Source of the DNA: Leptogorgia sarmentosa
Taxonomy: Eukaryota
Reading direction: 5' to 3'
Length of the DNA stretch: 64,000 nt
Assembly: GCA_964658305.1 (NCBI GenBank)
Contig: OZ210885.1
Coordinates: 6,758,001 to 6,822,000, forward strand
The notes below the pieces were generated by a model, which made no database searches, was not told the origin of the DNA, and saw only the letters and a program-made list of their open reading frames with translations. Each line of letters opens with the position of its first letter. Position 1 is the first letter of the stretch. This document shows, piece after piece, positions 59,855 through 64,000 of the stretch. A program made the position numbers and the translations under genes.

Positions 59855-61673
59855 CTAAAAATCGTCTGAGCTGTCCAATACCTCACTCATAACATCGGAC
59901 AAATCATCCCAATCACTTATGTCCCGAGTAACGTCAAAGCTTTCATAGCTTAATGGTGTTTCGGGATAGAATGGTGGGGTATCCATTCCGCTGCGACTCG
60001 AAGATTGCGATAAATCAGTAAGTATTTCAGCCACTTTTTCGCGTTGATTGGACTCCGGGGATTCGTGTAGATTGGACTCCGGGGATGGTGGTGGTGGTGG
60101 TGGTGACCATAATGGATCGTAAACTGGTGCCGTCGGTAATGGAGGTTGTCTTTCAGGTTGTGGCGATGGTAGGTAGTCCGGAGATAGTAAGTTTTCTAGT
60201 ATAGGTGTTTCAGATACGGTCTTAGACGTTTCAGGTACGGACTTAAGCGTTGAAGAAGGAACCGCTGCGGCTATTGCTGCGCTATCTTCTGACGACAGGG
60301 GAAACACATCCGTAACACTCGGTGATATTTCTGACAATATCGGCAAACTCGGTACAAAGAGCTTTAGGGGGGTATATCCTGTGTTTTGTAGCGTGTCTCC
60401 CTCTGTTAAAACACAAAAACATAATTAAAACACAAAAAACACAATTAAAACACAAAAAACACAATTAAAACACAAAAATATAACAAAAAATATGAGTTTT
60501 TGTATCTGCGAACGCAGATACTATGCTATGACCCTGTTAGCTGTTAGCTGTTAGCTTCTAGCCAATCGGCGACGAGCTTTTGCTTATAATTACGTAATGC
60601 AAGATGGCGGCGTTCGAGGAGTGAAGGCGATGTTCGATCGGATTTCTGTGAAAATGTGAAGTGCAGTGTTTAAGTACGACGGTTTAAGCAAACAATCTTG
60701 ACTTTGCAGGTCCGTGTCAATGTGCAGTTGTAATTTAACAAAGGATTTGAAACGGCAGCGTGCTGTTTTATCGACGTTTCGATTTGTAAATTGAAAATGC
60801 GTACAGAGCACACTGTCCAGATGGCCGACCCATGAACGGTTTTGTCACAGCACGCTATATAAAAACTGGATACATTCTGTTGAAGTAGCCTGTTCGCAGG
60901 TTAAATCTAATCATATTCAAGATGGCGGTCAAAATTGAAATAAGGCCAAAACGATATAATTAAATAATTTAATGACATTTACATGTAATATTAGGTAATC
61001 CCGCGATATTCAGTATAAAGCCATAGTTTTATGCATATTGGAGGCACAAAGAAAGTTTTTTCCCAAGGAATTTCCTCGTATTTTTCACGAAAGAGTCGAA
61101 GGAGGATGGTGGGAAATGCTGTATATGAGAACAGTCAACACTAACTAAACATCGCATATTTAATAAGACAGCATGCTGATTTAGGAAATCTGTTTGAGTA
61201 TAGTTCTAGGTTTTAATGTTTTGTGCGTTAGGCTGTTAGCTTTGGGGTTCGATTAGTTTCATATTTAGGGTTAGCTTTAGTTTATGTTCATTTATTGCTT
61301 GCAAACCAATACTTTAGCGGTAGATTTAAGCGCAACCTGGACTTTTTAGCATGTCCGATTGCGCTTTCCGACGACTCATCCGTCAGTTCTGCTTCACCAT
61401 TCGCAGATACATGTGCGCTTTGCGAACCTATTTTTTATAATACACACCCATAAACTTCTTAAACTCCCGAGTTACAGCCAAATTCTTCACCGTCGGGTAC
61501 GCTTTTTGCAGTCTAGCGTAATAATTCATAAACTCCTGATATACTGTTCTATACTTCTTTTTAAGCCACGGCTTCAGCACCTGTGCTTCTTTTTTCTCTA
61601 CACGATTTTTTGCACGTCGGATTCGCTCATACTCTAATTTCTTCGCTTTACTGTAAGCGCTCGCGTACAACAT
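59855..61673 (-). CDS. Predicted two-exon accessory gene (helical basic exon 1; Pro/Ser/acidic exon 2)
   Basis: Exon 61448-61673 and exon 59855-60402. Phase-1 intron 60403-61447 (GTGTGT...TTTAACAG) gives in-frame FKKFM-EGDTLQNTGYTPLKLFVPSLPIL. Confidence 0.6.
60497..61431 (+). mobile_element. Non-autonomous Helentron-like (HINE/DINE-1-type) element
   Basis: subTIR TGTATCTGCGAA at 60501-60512 and TTCGCAGATACA at 61400-61411. Also a 5' hairpin, a (CTGTTAG)3 microsatellite, an imperfect 3' stem-loop and T-run flanks. Confidence 0.75.
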
Positions 61674-61890
61674 TTTGATCTGTTCACTCGAAAACTATAA
61701 AAACAAGTATTGTTTTTCGCTTTTAAGGCGTTCGATAAAACGTTCGATAGCTTTCTATTGGCTAAAAACCGCACGTTTCTTATTTGGAACACTTTCAAAA
61801 GTGTATGGGAAAATACCGCACGGCTTAATAGATAATTATTCAAAATTTCCCATTACTAATTAAAATTACTAATTAATAGATAATTATTCA

Positions 61891-61980
61891 AAACCGCACG
61901 TAAATAAACCGTACGTAAATAAACTGTATGTAAATAAACTGTATGTAAATAAACCGTACGTAAATAAACCGTACGTAAAT
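61891..61980. repeat. 15-bp tandem repeat x6 in a divergent intergenic region
   Basis: Unit AAACYGYAYGTAAAT. Confidence 0.9.
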
Positions 61981-62102
61981 AAACCGGCGGTTTAAATATT
62001 TGCAGGTTTTAAAACTGTAAGTTTGTAAACCGCACGTACAAAAACAAACAAGTAAGCGCTCTTTAAAAGGGAAACGTGTAAAAACAAAATCACATCGTCA
62101 TT

Positions 62103-62852
62103 ATGGATTGCCCACACAAGTCGGTCGCAAACAAAGACAAAAATGAAGAAAATGAAGACAAAAATATTGATCGAGAGCTTTACGAAAAAGCATTTACGGC
62201 TTTTAACAAAGCAAACCAAGCACCACCCATGTGTTGCGATAATAACGTGGCAAAATTCCGTGTAGTTCTCGACAAAAAAAAAGACAACTACGGGCGGCCG
62301 TTTTTTGTGTGTTCAAAACATACAGATAGATGTGAATATTTTGAGTGGGGAGATAAAGCTATAGTTCAAAGACCGCGATGCTACCACAACGAAACATCAA
62401 AGAAACGTCGCGTCAGAAAACCGGGACCCAATAAAGGACGGCTCTTCTTCTTCTGCCCTCGGCAACGCGATGATGTGGCTCAATGTGCCTTCTTTCAATG
62501 GGAAGATGAAATTCCAATCCCTAAAACGCCACCTAAAGAAGACAAAAAAGATGACTTGGATGATATATTGAGCCGATTCACCTTCCCAAAGATACCCTCC
62601 AGTCAATACCGAATCCCGAAGCGTAAAAAAGCACCACCTCAGGAAGAAAAAAACGATGATGATATCATACCCGACAGTCAACCCCGTATTTCAAAATGGA
62701 TGACTCCGCAGCGGAAAAAACAGAAGATTTTAAGCAGCGATAGTGAAGAAGAAGAACAAGAAAAACAAGAAAAAGAGGAAAAAGAGAAAGAAGAAAACCC
62801 GTTTGACAGCCCATTTATTTTCTACACAAGACATCACAATGGATTTTATTGA
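62103..62852 (+). CDS. Double GRF zinc-finger protein with basic and acidic tail
   Basis: NYGRPFFVC......CEYFEW and CYH...GPNKGRLFFFC........CAFFQW. Confidence 0.85.
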   Translation: MDCPHKSVANKDKNEENEDKNIDRELYEKAFTAFNKANQAPPMCCDNNVAKFRVVLDKKKDNYGRPFFVCSKHTDRCEYFEWGDKAIVQRPRCYHNETSKKRRVRKPGPNKGRLFFFCPRQRDDVAQCAFFQWEDEIPIPKTPPKEDKKDDLDDILSRFTFPKIPSSQYRIPKRKKAPPQEEKNDDDIIPDSQPRISKWMTPQRKKQKILSSDSEEEEQEKQEKEEKEKEENPFDSPFIFYTRHHNGFY

Positions 62853-63010
62853 AACTATATTGTTGAAAACACTTTAAGTTGAAACACTCTTTATTTTAAA
62901 ACTGTTATAAGATCACTTTGTATATTTTAAAAAATATTATTTTTAATAAATACCAAAAAATGTTTAGAATTACAATTCTAAACACATCCTATCCCAAAAA
63001 CTCTCCTTTC

Positions 63011-63228
63011 TGCGCAAAACGCGCAAACACACAAAACGCGCAAACACGTAAAACGCGCAAACACGCAAACACGCGCAAACAAAACTCTCGAGAAATATCC
63101 ACGCGTGAATATCTACACGCGAGAATATGGATATCTATCGGGAATATAGCGCCTTCCCCCGCGTGACCGCGCAGCGTCCACGCGTGGGGGCCTGGGGGAA
63201 GGCGCTATATTGCCGGTATAGTACTACT
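63011..63228 (-). repeat. Right TIR
   Basis: Reverse complement of the left end; terminates GTACTACT. Confidence 0.95.
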
Positions 63229-64000
63229 GCCGATCCGTCAATATAAACCTTCGAATTATAGGTTGAAATCGACCTATTTGATGAGGCCCACCGGTTGATG
63301 AGGAGTTAACATTAGTCGCGATATAGAATTTTCCTGCTGGGGCGCTATCGATTTCATTCCCATAGTGTTGGGAAGAGCGTACTTGTCCCATCGAATATGT
63401 TTTGTTTTAAAAGTGACAGCACATGGATCTATCCAATAATGGGCTAGTGACCTTTTTTGGTTTAACATTGATCTCTCAGTTCTATATATTGCCGAGTTCA
63501 ATGTTTACTGCACTGAAAAAATTTAACTTGTGTTGTTTTAACACAGGTGCACTATATACAGGGTGTTTAAAAAAATTACTGATGAAAAATATTCTCTAAA
63601 ATAAAAAGCGCTCGAAATTTGCACAAAGTTTCAGTTAGCCTGGCTAGTTCAACACCCTCTGGTACATCTAGCACTAAGTTTATAGTCTAGGAGTTTAGAA
63701 TGTCCAGTCCATGTTGTAGTGTGTCATCGTATATTGGCCAAAACACAATATTTGCACAGGGTCTATATTAAGACTGTCCTGTGTGGTGTTTTTGTAGAAA
63801 GATATGCATATAACCACAGATACACACATATACATATAAATATGTACATTTCACATGCACCCAATTAACCGCAGAGTACTAGGTTGAGGTAGCTTGGCTT
63901 TGTGGAGGTTGGTGCCGGTTGTGGTCTTGGGCTGCATCTGGCCTTAACGACCAGAAATCATGCATCACACAGGGCAACTACATTGCTAGCAACAACTGGT

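Larger units (their letters stand above)
40312..63228. mobile_element. Maverick/Polinton (adintovirus-like) endogenous virus, both ends present, 22.9 kb including nested TEs
   Basis: Starts AGTAGT and ends ACTACT. Long TIRs. TSD GCCGAT at 40306-40311 and 63229-63234. Carries pPolB, INT, MCP, penton, protease and ATPase. Confidence 0.98.

Overview
AT-rich eukaryotic DNA, probably from an invertebrate such as a cnidarian (inferred from the TE repertoire, not shown). No clear host gene is present. Positions 1-40.3 kb are nested, mostly decayed mobile elements: Harbinger, hAT (one nearly intact), DIRS, Penelope, P/THAP, KDZ/Zisupton-like, Crypton-like and MITEs. Positions 40,312-63,228 hold an endogenous Maverick/Polinton (adintovirus-like) element with both ends present: AGTAGT...ACTACT termini, long TIRs and a perfect 6-bp TSD (GCCGAT). 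Its virion module has open reading frames (major capsid, penton plus a likely penton paralog, adenain protease, A32 ATPase, basic core-like proteins, a collagen fibre-like protein). Its integrase and its intron-containing protein-primed PolB are broken. Unusual cargo includes a Pol III tRNA-like gene beside the left TIR (Cys anticodon on a Tyr-like acceptor end), a double GRF zinc-finger protein with a PIP-like box, three tandem paralogous small ORFs and a reiterated cis-motif in intergenic regions. A piggyBac with an intact transposase ORF and a non-autonomous Helentron-like element are nested inside it. All calls come from motif recognition by eye; no searches were run.
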